From IMG/VR virus record IMGVR_UViG_3300003324_000427, positions 1 to 63,066 of that record: a DNA stretch of 63,066 nucleotides; one strand, 5' to 3'. This stretch comes from a virus (Duplodnaviria; Caudoviricetes). Numbering within the stretch: the first letter of the stretch is position 1; every line of letters begins with the position of its first letter. A program made the position numbers and the translations under genes. A model generated the notes under the pieces. The model was given only the letters and a program-made list of their open reading frames with translations. It had not been told where the DNA came from and did no database searches. Of the stretch, positions 38,053 to 47,348 are shown one piece after another.

Positions 38053-38688
38053 TCAGAGTACGGTATCTATTATATTCCCAAGTTGTGTTCTTAAACGCTC
38101 TATCCAGTTTTCACTATCATCGTCGTTCAAAATTACATGGTCCCAATAAGATACATCATCTGGAACTTGATCATCTGCCCCGTCATTAGAGAATATACCA
38201 TTTGGGCGGTGAACTAGTATCTTATGGATAATAGGTTTATTAACATATTTATTCTTCTCTGGGTCCATATTTACGTAACTATTGAATATTTCATCAAACC
38301 CGTCACATTCGTTAGGGAACCTAAAATCAGAAATTATGCCAATTTTAGCGCCACTCTGAAGTATTTCGCTAAATGCTATATTTGCCCAAGCGTGAATCCA
38401 TATACTTCTGGCAAATATACCCTCTTTGATAAGAACATCACGGACAGATAATCCGCCAAGATGTTCTGGTTTACTAATTTTGTACGCATTGTCATCCATT
38501 CTATCGAAATCAAGATTGTATTTCATAGCGGATACTCTCTTCAACTCTTTAGCGAAGAAAGTTCTTTTGTAGCTTATTCTCTTCGCATCTAATTGACGCT
38601 CAAGAAGATTTGCGCAGGTGTCTTTTCCGTGTTGTTTTCTGTGACCAAATAAAAATATGTGTTCAGTATTCACGTTCAGCCCTTTCAA
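38053..38688 (-). CDS. deoxynucleoside monophosphate kinase (T4 gp1-like)
   Basis: G....GKDT P-loop; FA..LK; R.VL...G; ISD.RFPNE. Confidence 0.8.
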   Translation of the reverse strand: MKGLNVNTEHIFLFGHRKQHGKDTCANLLERQLDAKRISYKRTFFAKELKRVSAMKYNLDFDRMDDNAYKISKPEHLGGLSVRDVLIKEGIFARSIWIHAWANIAFSEILQSGAKIGIISDFRFPNECDGFDEIFNSYVNMDPEKNKYVNKPIIHKILVHRPNGIFSNDGADDQVPDDVSYWDHVILNDDDSENWIERLRTQLGNIIDTVL

Positions 38689-39251
38689 ATTGAATTTGGA
38701 TTGCGGATTGGACGTGTATTAGTTAACGCATCAAGTCTTGACGCGAGACTATTATTATTCTTCCTCGTTTCTTCTCTTATGAGCTTATTCATATCTTTCT
38801 GAATAGCTCTATCTCTTTGACGTAAAAGTTTTCTACCCAACTTGCCGCCAGGCGCTTTTCTTGGCCCTTCTTGTTTCTGCGCTTCTGGTGGTTGCTCTGG
38901 TGGTAATACTCTGTCAGCGCCTTGGGTTCTCTTCATGTCAGTTGGTGCTTGTTTCCAACCAACTGGAAGTCCATTAGGTTTGATAATGCCCATTTCAATT
39001 TGTCTACGAATTGCCTCTTTCTTTTCAAGCTCTTCTTGAGAAGAATCAGAGTTCTTTGCCTTTACAGCAAACCACGCAAATTCCATTTTTTCTTGATGAT
39101 CAATGCTAAGCTCCTGTGCCTTTACCTCTTCAAAAGGACCAGAAAGGGAAGACACGTATGAACCGTTGAGCCATCCGATATCTAATTCGGATGCCTTCTT
39201 CATTTCTTGCTGTGGCTGTTCTTGTGATGTAGTGTCAGGTTGATTATCCAT
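38685..39251 (-). CDS. hypothetical protein (188 aa)
   Basis: GAGGA SD and TGATAAAAT extended -10 upstream. Confidence 0.7.
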   Translation of the reverse strand: MDNQPDTTSQEQPQQEMKKASELDIGWLNGSYVSSLSGPFEEVKAQELSIDHQEKMEFAWFAVKAKNSDSSQEELEKKEAIRRQIEMGIIKPNGLPVGWKQAPTDMKRTQGADRVLPPEQPPEAQKQEGPRKAPGGKLGRKLLRQRDRAIQKDMNKLIREETRKNNNSLASRLDALTNTRPIRNPNSI

Positions 39252-39282
39252 AATAATCCTCTGACACTATTTTATCACAAAG

Positions 39283-39753
39283 TTATTCCACTACAATGAT
39301 TTGCGTGAATCCCTCGGTCAGTTCTGGCGGCGCTTCTTGAATGCTCTTGTACATGTTGTCCAAGACATCCTCTGGTACCTTACGGGCACGCGCAGCATTC
39401 CGTGACTTAGCAACGTCCAATGGGACTTTGAACCAGATGCCGATCACTTCGTAATTTGCCTTCTTGGCGTCCTCTATGACTTCCTTGCGGTACTTACGAC
39501 GAGCACTGGTGTTATCCCAATAGATAACTTCAACGTTGTTTGACATTGCGCTACGTAAAGTTGATTTCGCAACCCTAGCAACCAAGTCATTCTTTGACAT
39601 GTTTTCTTCTGAACCGGTCAGTTCCTTACGAATGGTGTCCATATTGATGCGCAAAGCGGTATTTGGGATGGTACCCTTTGACACAGCAGTTTCCCACCAA
39701 GTCGACTTACCTGAGCCTGGAACGCCGATTGCCATATAAATTGTCTTTTTCAT
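39283..39753 (-). CDS. P-loop kinase, polynucleotide-kinase/AAA_33-like
   Basis: GVPGSGKST; D.IR; DNT....R; RN..R...VP...L. Confidence 0.85.
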   Translation of the reverse strand: MKKTIYMAIGVPGSGKSTWWETAVSKGTIPNTALRINMDTIRKELTGSEENMSKNDLVARVAKSTLRSAMSNNVEVIYWDNTSARRKYRKEVIEDAKKANYEVIGIWFKVPLDVAKSRNAARARKVPEDVLDNMYKSIQEAPPELTEGFTQIIVVE

Positions 39754-40427
39754 TCTATGTGAGTCGCTTTCTTTACGAATTGTAGATGCCTACTATATCC
39801 AGTATTCCACAATAGCAAGCCTTTATTTTGGTTATCTATCATTACTGCCTTATCATTCAAGCAGTTATATACGTTTTTTATGTTACTGATGAATTTCTTT
39901 AGATACTTACCAACATCTTCTTCAAGCAAATACGGTTCGTTTGCCAAACCTTTGAATCTTATTATTCCTACTAACCCTATCCCAGCTAACCATTTCTGAG
40001 CGTGTCTTATTCGTTCTGTGTCATTTTCTTCCTCAAACCCTAATGAGTCCTTATATACCATTAGGATTTGTCTAATACCCTCCGGTAAGTCAGCAAACTG
40101 GGTGTTCTTATGGAAGGTGTACTTGAACAGATGCGTAAATACAGAATCGCCAACTTTAATTTTTCTACATATCTCGTCAACGTTGATTTCCACGTATTTT
40201 TTTTCAACGCCGTTTTTTATTATAGGTGCTGGTTTTGGTTTTTTGCCTAAGAATAAATCAAGCTTCTTCTTGTCTTGAGCTTTGAGAGTCAATTTTATAA
40301 AATTGGCGATGCCTTCAAGCTCATGCTTGGACATTTTTGAAAAGTCTAAGTCCTTTTCAATTAACGAATCTACAATAATATCTAAATTATTTAAGATTTC
40401 CTTTTTGAGTGTATTTCTGTTTGACAT
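39750..40427 (-). CDS. hypothetical protein (225 aa)
   Basis: ORF in - strand run with ATGA overlap to the kinase gene. Confidence 0.7.
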   Translation of the reverse strand: MSNRNTLKKEILNNLDIIVDSLIEKDLDFSKMSKHELEGIANFIKLTLKAQDKKKLDLFLGKKPKPAPIIKNGVEKKYVEINVDEICRKIKVGDSVFTHLFKYTFHKNTQFADLPEGIRQILMVYKDSLGFEEENDTERIRHAQKWLAGIGLVGIIRFKGLANEPYLLEEDVGKYLKKFISNIKNVYNCLNDKAVMIDNQNKGLLLWNTGYSRHLQFVKKATHIE

Positions 40428-40429
40428 GT

Positions 40430-40478
40430 AAAGTAACGCCTATTCATACAAATATTATATCAAAATAGGCGTTACTTT
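40430..40478 (-). promoter_or_regulatory. 15-bp hairpin with extended -10 in its loop (RBS-occluding; may also act as terminator)
   Basis: arms 40430-40444 and 40464-40478 are perfect reverse complements; TGATATAAT (minus strand) at 40462-40454. Confidence 0.7.
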
Positions 40479-40484
40479 TGTGTC

Positions 40485-41552
40485 TTATGCCCAAGAACAG
40501 GTAGCGATGTCAGGGAAAACGCCAATCAAGTTCTTACAGTATTGGTAAGCATCTTCATACTTGGCGCGAACTTCCTTGATTGGAACTTTCTTACAGATGT
40601 CTGCGGTTGTTCCCTTGGCACTATCAAAGTCAAGGACAGACTCTTCACCCAGCAATTCGTTGGCATAACGTAGATAATTGCGAATGTAGATGATTCCCTG
40701 CATGATGCGGACAAGCTTACGACGATCGCGCATTGCGTTGATGAGCTTCATTTGCGAATCGTTCATTCCCTCTTCGCCACGCTTCTTATCATAAGCTAAC
40801 CAAATTCCTGACTTGCTTTGAATGTTGGAAAGCTTGAGAACGTCACCGTTGTTCTTCTTCTGTGTTTCCGCATCAAAAACAGCGCGTGAAGTCTTATACA
40901 GCATGGAAATTTCGTTCATTGCCGGCATCAAGTTGTCAGCTAGCAATTCCCGACTACCACCGATGAGATACACGTAGTCTCCACGGTCGCTATTCTCTGG
41001 TGCTTCATTGCGAACGATGTAGCGAATTGAAACGGGGTCCTCAAACCACTTATCACATGCCATACCAAGTTCAATGATAGCACGCTTACCTTCAATTGAA
41101 GATAGTGACTTGTCAATGAGACGCATAGGTGCTTTCTTTTCATCGCTTGAATACCATTTCATGCATGAGAAGAGTGAGCAAATCTTGTCTGGTTGACGAG
41201 TTTTGAGGATTTGGTCGGTAGTAACGTAACCGGAGCTATTCAAGAACGTGCTTGAACGCTTCATCATTACGTTAGACTCATAGAGTCCCTTCTTGACTGG
41301 TGCGAACCCGTTTAGCCAAACGGATGCCATGCCGTACATGTTATCCTTTTCTTCCTCTTGTACATTCTGCATGTTAGGATAAGCGAGCAGCGCGGCCTTT
41401 GGGGACCAATCTGGACTCTTAGCTTGCTTAGTCATAGTAGTTTCATTGTAACCAGCTTCGTCATTGGTGTCGATGATTGTTCCACCGAACACCATAACGC
41501 GGGCGTCCTTTACATTGAAAAGCTTGCTGACTGGATCGTTTTCTTTTGACAT
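40485..41552 (-). CDS. hypothetical protein (355 aa)
   Basis: AAGGA SD; own promoter TTGAAA-N16-TAGAAT (41598-41571). Confidence 0.8.
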   Translation of the reverse strand: MSKENDPVSKLFNVKDARVMVFGGTIIDTNDEAGYNETTMTKQAKSPDWSPKAALLAYPNMQNVQEEEKDNMYGMASVWLNGFAPVKKGLYESNVMMKRSSTFLNSSGYVTTDQILKTRQPDKICSLFSCMKWYSSDEKKAPMRLIDKSLSSIEGKRAIIELGMACDKWFEDPVSIRYIVRNEAPENSDRGDYVYLIGGSRELLADNLMPAMNEISMLYKTSRAVFDAETQKKNNGDVLKLSNIQSKSGIWLAYDKKRGEEGMNDSQMKLINAMRDRRKLVRIMQGIIYIRNYLRYANELLGEESVLDFDSAKGTTADICKKVPIKEVRAKYEDAYQYCKNLIGVFPDIATCSWA

Positions 41553-41598
41553 TTTATTTCCTTGGGTGGTATTCTATCTAGTTGTTTGTAAATTTCAA

Positions 41599-42753
41599 TC
41601 ACCAAACGTTGGCTAGTCCAGAAGCGCTAAGTATCTTCTTCTTATCAAAGAACTTACCGAGTTCCAGGTTCACGTCAGGGGACAACATGCTATCACGGAT
41701 ATGCTTGTTGGTAGTGAAGAAGTTTTCACAGTGTTCAGTTGGGATGATTGGGGTTTCAAAGAACTTAATCATGTAGTTAAGGTCCTTGATGGTTACTCCC
41801 GCATTATCTTGGATGTGCTGCTTGAGCAATTCGGTTGCTTTCGTGAGGATGTCAATTCTGACAGTCCTACGCCCGTCAATCGTAGTGGTAAGAGCATCTT
41901 CAATGTCTGACTTATAGACATCGTATTCTTGAATCATGTCAAGGGTGATGCTTTTGTCACCGATAGCGAATGCTTCGCACCACTTGAGAGCGAAAGATTC
42001 ACCAAGGTAGGTTTCAATGATGTGCGGAGCGTGATCGGCAATCCACTTCTTTGGCTTCTTACCGATTTTTGACATGATGTTGACGATGCTACGACGTGAA
42101 GGTTCAACTTCAAATGACAATTCAATTTCTGGAATTTTAGCGAATTCGTTGTTCTTCTTGATAACGTCGATGGTTACACTGTCCATTCCGATGGAGCGCA
42201 TGTACTCAAGGTACTCACTGACGGTTGGACTTAGGACGATGTGTCCGAGACGGTTTAGCAACGCCTTGTCGGTTAGTTCGTTTACTTCGTAATTCTCGTT
42301 AGCTGGGTTAGCAGCAGCGATTACGGCGTCTTTTGGTCCAATTTTGTGGGTGTGTAGGATACCTTCAATGAGGAATGGTAACATGGCAGCTAGTACGAGA
42401 CGTGGGCCACGGTTGAATTCGTCAAGGAAGAATAGAGTTGGCTTACCGTTCTTCTCACTGAGCTTCTTAGCGTCATGGAGCCAGCTTGGAACTGCCCAAC
42501 GCTGAACTTCTACCCCATCGACAGTTTCTGTCACTGGTCGGCCGATAAGGTCAATAATGTCCTGGGTAGCAAGGTGGAGAATGGTGACGTTATAGTCCAT
42601 TTCCTTAGCCACTTGCTTGACGATTTCCGTTTTACCTACACCGTGACTACCCCAAAGTAATACTGGTAGCTTAGTTGTTTCGGTTGCGTTCTCTATTGAG
42701 AATTTGATGCATTGGATAGCATCGTCACGCTTGAGTGTCTTAGTTTTTGGCAT
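41599..42753 (-). CDS. MoxR-like AAA+ ATPase
   Basis: LLWGSHGVGKT Walker A; LFFLDEFNR Walker B; IAAANP sensor 1; ALLNR. Confidence 0.9.
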   Translation of the reverse strand: MPKTKTLKRDDAIQCIKFSIENATETTKLPVLLWGSHGVGKTEIVKQVAKEMDYNVTILHLATQDIIDLIGRPVTETVDGVEVQRWAVPSWLHDAKKLSEKNGKPTLFFLDEFNRGPRLVLAAMLPFLIEGILHTHKIGPKDAVIAAANPANENYEVNELTDKALLNRLGHIVLSPTVSEYLEYMRSIGMDSVTIDVIKKNNEFAKIPEIELSFEVEPSRRSIVNIMSKIGKKPKKWIADHAPHIIETYLGESFALKWCEAFAIGDKSITLDMIQEYDVYKSDIEDALTTTIDGRRTVRIDILTKATELLKQHIQDNAGVTIKDLNYMIKFFETPIIPTEHCENFFTTNKHIRDSMLSPDVNLELGKFFDKKKILSASGLANVW

Positions 42754-42779
42754 ATGTATGAACCTCTTTCATAGGTGGA

Positions 42780-42806
42780 ATTGTATGTACTTTTTTATTA
42801 AGTCAA
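42780..42806 (-). promoter_or_regulatory. sigma70-type promoter
   Basis: TTGACT-N15-TACAAT upstream of GAGGT SD. Confidence 0.6.
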
Positions 42807-43397
42807 TTAGCAATTTTTGATGGAGTTCCAGTAGATACAATACTTACTTTCTTTGTAGGTGTCATATACTGGTGCTTCATAGTAGGGCGTGAGTTTATCT
42901 GCCCTGGCAAAAAAATCAATACGAATTTTGCTGTCTTCTAGAATGGTACAACCAACCACAATATCTCTTTCGGTTGGGTGATCAATAATAGGGTCTTCTT
43001 TTCTGAAAGACCAGCTTTTCTTACCAAGCTTTTTAGTCATGTAGTCGGAAGTTGACTTTATGTGAAAGTCGTTTTTCTCAGTAACTATATCTGGCTCGTC
43101 AAGAGCTTTCTTTGGTCTTTCAGATTCTGTCCATATTAGTGTATCTGGTACTGACGGGTTTTGTCCACGATCACGCATCCACTGATAAACAGCAAACTCA
43201 GACATTTTACCTTCGTAGTGGTTTTTCCATAAGACATTTCTACTATGTCCTTTTTGTTCGTAACGGTCATTTGCTTTCCCGTCATCGCACATCTTGTCTG
43301 CGAACTCGCGGCAAAGTTTCTCATATTGCTCTTCAACTGTAATTACGACGTTTTTTGGTCTACGTATTATGGAATGTTCATCAGACATGTTATTCAA
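42807..43397 (-). CDS. putative PD-(D/E)XK-fold (restriction-endonuclease-like) protein
   Basis: GKMSE helix followed by PD...PDI......HIKS; directly downstream of and overlapping the methyltransferase. Confidence 0.5.
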   Translation of the reverse strand: MNNMSDEHSIIRRPKNVVITVEEQYEKLCREFADKMCDDGKANDRYEQKGHSRNVLWKNHYEGKMSEFAVYQWMRDRGQNPSVPDTLIWTESERPKKALDEPDIVTEKNDFHIKSTSDYMTKKLGKKSWSFRKEDPIIDHPTERDIVVGCTILEDSKIRIDFFARADKLTPYYEAPVYDTYKESKYCIYWNSIKNC

Positions 43398-44265
43398 ACA
43401 ATTCGTTTATGGATGTTTTATATTTTGTTATTCTGTCTTTAGCTATTTCAGCGTACTTCTCATTCCATTCCATACCTATCCATTTTCTACCATGGATAGC
43501 TGACATCTTGCCGGTAGTACCACTGCCCATGAATGGGTCTAATATTACGTCACCTGGATTGCTCCACGAAAGAATGTGATCCTCAGCTAGCTTTTCTGGA
43601 AATATAGCAGGATGGTCGAACGCTTCTTCGTCTTTAGTTGAGAAGCCGGCACCAGTGTTGTATCTCCAAATATTGAAGCGAGCGCCAAAGTCCGGAGTAA
43701 TATGTCCTTTAGTTTCTATTAGTTCGTCATTCTTACCGCGTGAAGTCTTCTTACCCCAATTACCAACTCCTGCCCAATTGTTCTTTCTATCTTTCAATAG
43801 ATTTACAGTAGTTGGCCGGCCTTTAGTGATGATGAACATGTACTCAAACACTTGATAGTATCTATTCTTTGACGGGAAAGAACATCCGTTCTTTTCGTAA
43901 ATCATAGTATCATGGATATTAAATCCTAATGATTTGAAATAAAGAGCTTGTCTGAAACTAGTTCCAGTTTCAGAACCATTCTTATCAGTACCATCTCCGA
44001 CAACCCAAGCAATTGTTCCGCCAGGCTTAACTATTCTATAGAGTTCTTTAGCTAAGCCCTCAAAGTCAAAAGAATAGCCATTGTATTTTTCTAATAACTC
44101 TTCTTTGGTGTCATTGTCGTACAGCTTGTTATCGTAATTTCTAATATCATCGTAGGGTGGCGAAGTAACTACCAGATTTATACATTCATCTGGTAGTTTC
44201 CGACAAGACTCTACGTTGTCACCAACCATTATTGTGTTTACATATTGCTCAAAATCATTCATCAT
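43390..44265 (-). CDS. DNA N4-cytosine/N6-adenine methyltransferase (beta class)
   Basis: VTSPPY motif IV precedes HPA.FP and DPFMGSGTT motif I; probable start ATG at 44265 overlaps upstream stop. Confidence 0.92.
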   Translation of the reverse strand: MMNDFEQYVNTIMVGDNVESCRKLPDECINLVVTSPPYDDIRNYDNKLYDNDTKEELLEKYNGYSFDFEGLAKELYRIVKPGGTIAWVVGDGTDKNGSETGTSFRQALYFKSLGFNIHDTMIYEKNGCSFPSKNRYYQVFEYMFIITKGRPTTVNLLKDRKNNWAGVGNWGKKTSRGKNDELIETKGHITPDFGARFNIWRYNTGAGFSTKDEEAFDHPAIFPEKLAEDHILSWSNPGDVILDPFMGSGTTGKMSAIHGRKWIGMEWNEKYAEIAKDRITKYKTSINELFE

Positions 44266-46438
44266 CTTGACAGATAACCTTAAATCCCTTCGCCTCAAGT
44301 TGCTTACGGTTTTCAACACCGCCTCTTGATAGGAACATTATACTTCTAAATCCTGGGAATTCATCTTTCTTAAAATCGTCAATGAATCCGTCAGTGAAGA
44401 GAACTAAGAGTTTCTTGTTCTTTTCTCGCTTCAATTTCTCATAAACAAGACGCATAGTGGTACCACCAACTTCTTTTATTGGGATATTCTTGGCGCGCCG
44501 GATGTTGTAGATGCGGTCTTCTGAGATTCGATTATGACATTGGATGATACGTGCTCTGTCAATGTCGCAGTCTCTTGAAATCTTTTCAATCTGCTGAATG
44601 AAATCGTTCCAGTCACCGCCATTGATAGAACCTGACGTATCTACACCGATTACCAAGTCGATACCCAAGTCTCTCTTCTTACCTGGGAAAGTATCATCAA
44701 GAGCACGGTGTTCACGACTCATAGTATAGTCGTGTTCAGTTGGATTGAGACAGTGTACCAATTCCTGGCAAAGTTCCCTCTTCCAGTTCTTCTTTCTGAC
44801 GTTGAACCATTCCTTTACTACGTGTCCGAAGACAGCAAGGTGCGGAATGTCATTAAGAGCAGCTTCAATTTCTTCTGGGCTGTCTGGATTATAACCAGCA
44901 CGACGGATACTGTCTCTGATAGTCTGCTTTACTTCTTCACGTGCTGCAGAGTGATGGACGTTGAACCCCTGGTGCTCTTGGCCGCCGGAACCTTTTCCGC
45001 GCTCCTTCTGTTCAGAAGGTTGGCCGTTACCTGCAGCTTTGCCCTTCTTTTTGTTCATGATTTCGTTTACTTTGTCTTTTACTTCCTGTGGCACGTTGTC
45101 CATGTCCACTGGTTTCCCGCCCTTACCGTTCTTACCGATAACGATGGTGTTGACTTTACCTTGGCCCTCACCTTGACCGGAGCCTTGCCCTTCCTTTTCA
45201 CCCTCACCGCCGTTGCCTTCACCTTCTTGATCGCCTTCGCCACCCTGACCGTCTCCATTTCCGTCATCATCGCCAGTAGCGTCAATTATTTGCCAAGTTT
45301 CGTGACCGTGGGCACCCTGATCGACTTTATCAAAGTCGGTATTAGCTTCCATGAACACCTTGTAATAGAATTCGGCGCTTTGATTTGAGAATTTGTTTCT
45401 CTTTCTAGTGAATAGATTCCAGCTATTGCCCTCTGACATGTACTTGTCAAAAAGGTGCTTCTCATGAGGAATGAATTCGTCAATTGGACTTGAAGAATTC
45501 AAGTTATATTCCTTAGCTATTTCTTCCCTTATTTCTTTGTCATTGATGATTTGCCACTTCATGATGGAGTATACGAATGTGCTCCAGAAACTTGGCGAAT
45601 CTTCTGTGATGAGAACCTTTCGGAATTCTTCTGGCCAATTCAACTGTGAGTTGATGGCGAAGTCTGCGGCGATGTTCCATACCTGTGGATTCTTATCATT
45701 TACACGTGTCAAGTGATCCCACATGACGTGCATCATTTCGTGCATAATTACGCAGTTGATTGAGTTTCTGAAATACTCACAAGTGAAGATAAGATCGCAC
45801 CACATCTTCCAACCGGTGTCTGTCCATCCGCCTTCCTCAGCGCACTTCTTCAACTCCATGTAGAATGGATGACTGATTCCGTACTTATCGAAATCCGGTT
45901 GCTTCTTAAGGTTGAAAGTTCCTTCCTTTTCAAACTTCTCAATGTTACTATCGTGCCATTCAGTTAAACGCTTAGAGTAATCTTTCTTTTCTTCGCCGTT
46001 CTTTCTCTTTGGTTGGGTGTCGAAAATTGACGATACAACGCTGAGCTTGTATATCTCAAAGGGGTTGATCATCATTTTGTAACGGTGTGCGTTACCAAGG
46101 AAGCACATTGCTGCTGGCCCTGGGAAAGTGAAGTCGTCAAGCTGCCAGAGGCGCTTAGAAAACGACTTCCAGAATGGATTGTTTTGAATGTCAATCATTA
46201 TTTCGCGGTACGAAACAACTTTGTTGTTTGACACACGTTGACTATCGTGTAGGGAATTGAATTCCTGGTAATAGATGTTGCCGTTGTAGTTTTGTAAGAT
46301 GTAACATGGGGAATAACCAAAGAATAGCGAAAGTGTTGAGTGGCTAAACTTTGGTGTTATCCCGTTGTTGAGTATGTTACTCTTGATTACTTGAACAGTT
46401 ACGTTCTTGTCGGTACTGGTATTTGCGTCAGCGGACAT
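44255..46438 (-). CDS. DUF2201-like metallopeptidase plus vWA domain protein (MoxR partner)
   Basis: HEMMH..W.H HEXXH; WNIAAD.AIN; Gly/acidic linker; C-terminal vWA with DTSGS MIDAS, GGT, FTDG. Confidence 0.9.
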   Translation of the reverse strand: MSADANTSTDKNVTVQVIKSNILNNGITPKFSHSTLSLFFGYSPCYILQNYNGNIYYQEFNSLHDSQRVSNNKVVSYREIMIDIQNNPFWKSFSKRLWQLDDFTFPGPAAMCFLGNAHRYKMMINPFEIYKLSVVSSIFDTQPKRKNGEEKKDYSKRLTEWHDSNIEKFEKEGTFNLKKQPDFDKYGISHPFYMELKKCAEEGGWTDTGWKMWCDLIFTCEYFRNSINCVIMHEMMHVMWDHLTRVNDKNPQVWNIAADFAINSQLNWPEEFRKVLITEDSPSFWSTFVYSIMKWQIINDKEIREEIAKEYNLNSSSPIDEFIPHEKHLFDKYMSEGNSWNLFTRKRNKFSNQSAEFYYKVFMEANTDFDKVDQGAHGHETWQIIDATGDDDGNGDGQGGEGDQEGEGNGGEGEKEGQGSGQGEGQGKVNTIVIGKNGKGGKPVDMDNVPQEVKDKVNEIMNKKKGKAAGNGQPSEQKERGKGSGGQEHQGFNVHHSAAREEVKQTIRDSIRRAGYNPDSPEEIEAALNDIPHLAVFGHVVKEWFNVRKKNWKRELCQELVHCLNPTEHDYTMSREHRALDDTFPGKKRDLGIDLVIGVDTSGSINGGDWNDFIQQIEKISRDCDIDRARIIQCHNRISEDRIYNIRRAKNIPIKEVGGTTMRLVYEKLKREKNKKLLVLFTDGFIDDFKKDEFPGFRSIMFLSRGGVENRKQLEAKGFKVICQDDE

Positions 46439-46455
46439 GATTTTCCCTTTCCAGT

Positions 46456-46483
46456 ATCTTACAGAGAGGAATCAGTTAATCAA
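46456..46483 (-). promoter_or_regulatory. sigma70-type promoter
   Basis: TTGATT-N16-TAAGAT upstream of GAAAGGG SD. Confidence 0.55.
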
Positions 46484-46489
46484 TATCTT

Positions 46490-47098
46490 TTATTTGAGCT
46501 TCCCGTTGCTTGGGCAGCTAATTTTGACTCCATTAATCCTAAATGGGTCGTTTTCTTCCCAAAAGGTTCTCCATACTGACCCATCTGCAGCTAGCTTCAT
46601 TTCGCTTTCTTTGGCGGTAGAAGTGACATTGTGTCCAGAAGCTAATACATCATACGTGTGTGATAGTCTTCCCGGTGTAACAACTTTGAACACCGTGGTT
46701 CCGCCGGATATATTGACTAAATCACCAGTCTTGAACTTAGTCTTGATTCTATCGTTCCACATTACCTTTGGTGGTAAGTTGGGTCTAATCTTACCCATTG
46801 GACGCTTCTCTTCGATTTCACCAGTAACAGAAGAAACGTCTTCAAACGTACCAACATCGCTATCAGTAAATTCTTCTTCCTTGTCAATAGACGCTAAACT
46901 TTCAACTGGTTCAACGTTATCTTCTTCTAAGGAAACTAAGGATTCTGTATTGGTATCTAAAGCATCTTCCCATTCCTTTTCGTTCTCTTCTACTTCTGGC
47001 TCAACAGGAACGATAGGTGTTTTCATGGGTGCTGGTTCTTTCTTTTTCTCTTTTTTTACTTTTATGGTTTTTGTGGTTTTTACTTTACGCTTATTCAT
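46490..47098 (-). CDS. hypothetical protein: basic N-terminus, acidic middle, SH3/KOW-like C-terminus
   Basis: FKTGDLV.I.. beta-barrel-like motif. Confidence 0.7.
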   Translation of the reverse strand: MNKRKVKTTKTIKVKKEKKKEPAPMKTPIVPVEPEVEENEKEWEDALDTNTESLVSLEEDNVEPVESLASIDKEEEFTDSDVGTFEDVSSVTGEIEEKRPMGKIRPNLPPKVMWNDRIKTKFKTGDLVNISGGTTVFKVVTPGRLSHTYDVLASGHNVTSTAKESEMKLAADGSVWRTFWEENDPFRINGVKISCPSNGKLK

Positions 47099-47348
47099 TT
47101 TCGGCGTCTTTCGTTACTAGAACTTCTTCTTTAGGTATAGCTAGTTTTGGTTTAGCTTTGATTAGCTCGTCACTTGAGCAAAAACGTCTGTCACCGATTA
47201 CGTTGTTTTTAACGAAGTGAACGTTCCATTCTTTCTTCTGCTTATTGAACTTGTTATCAACATCAAGTTCTGATACTATAACTCCGTCAATGGTTGGCTG
47301 GTCCGTTAGGTTAACCTTATCGCCTACCTTGAATGATGATTTGCGCAT
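47091..47348 (-). CDS. small SH3-like hypothetical protein
   Basis: FKVGDKV.L......G.I...W.V.F. Confidence 0.7.
   Translation of the reverse strand: MRKSSFKVGDKVNLTDQPTIDGVIVSELDVDNKFNKQKKEWNVHFVKNNVIGDRRFCSSDELIKAKPKLAIPKEEVLVTKDAENE

Noticed and set aside
46440-46480. Additional weak promoter-spanning hairpins (here, and near 51990-52025 and 58085-58140)
   Set aside because: Only 5-8 bp with G-U pairs or bulges; not distinguishable from chance by eye
44708-47120. Long + strand ORFs (226 aa at 44708, 237 aa at 46407) and the many other opposite-strand ORFs in the track
   Set aside because: Antisense shadows of well-supported genes, with no SD or recognisable motifs
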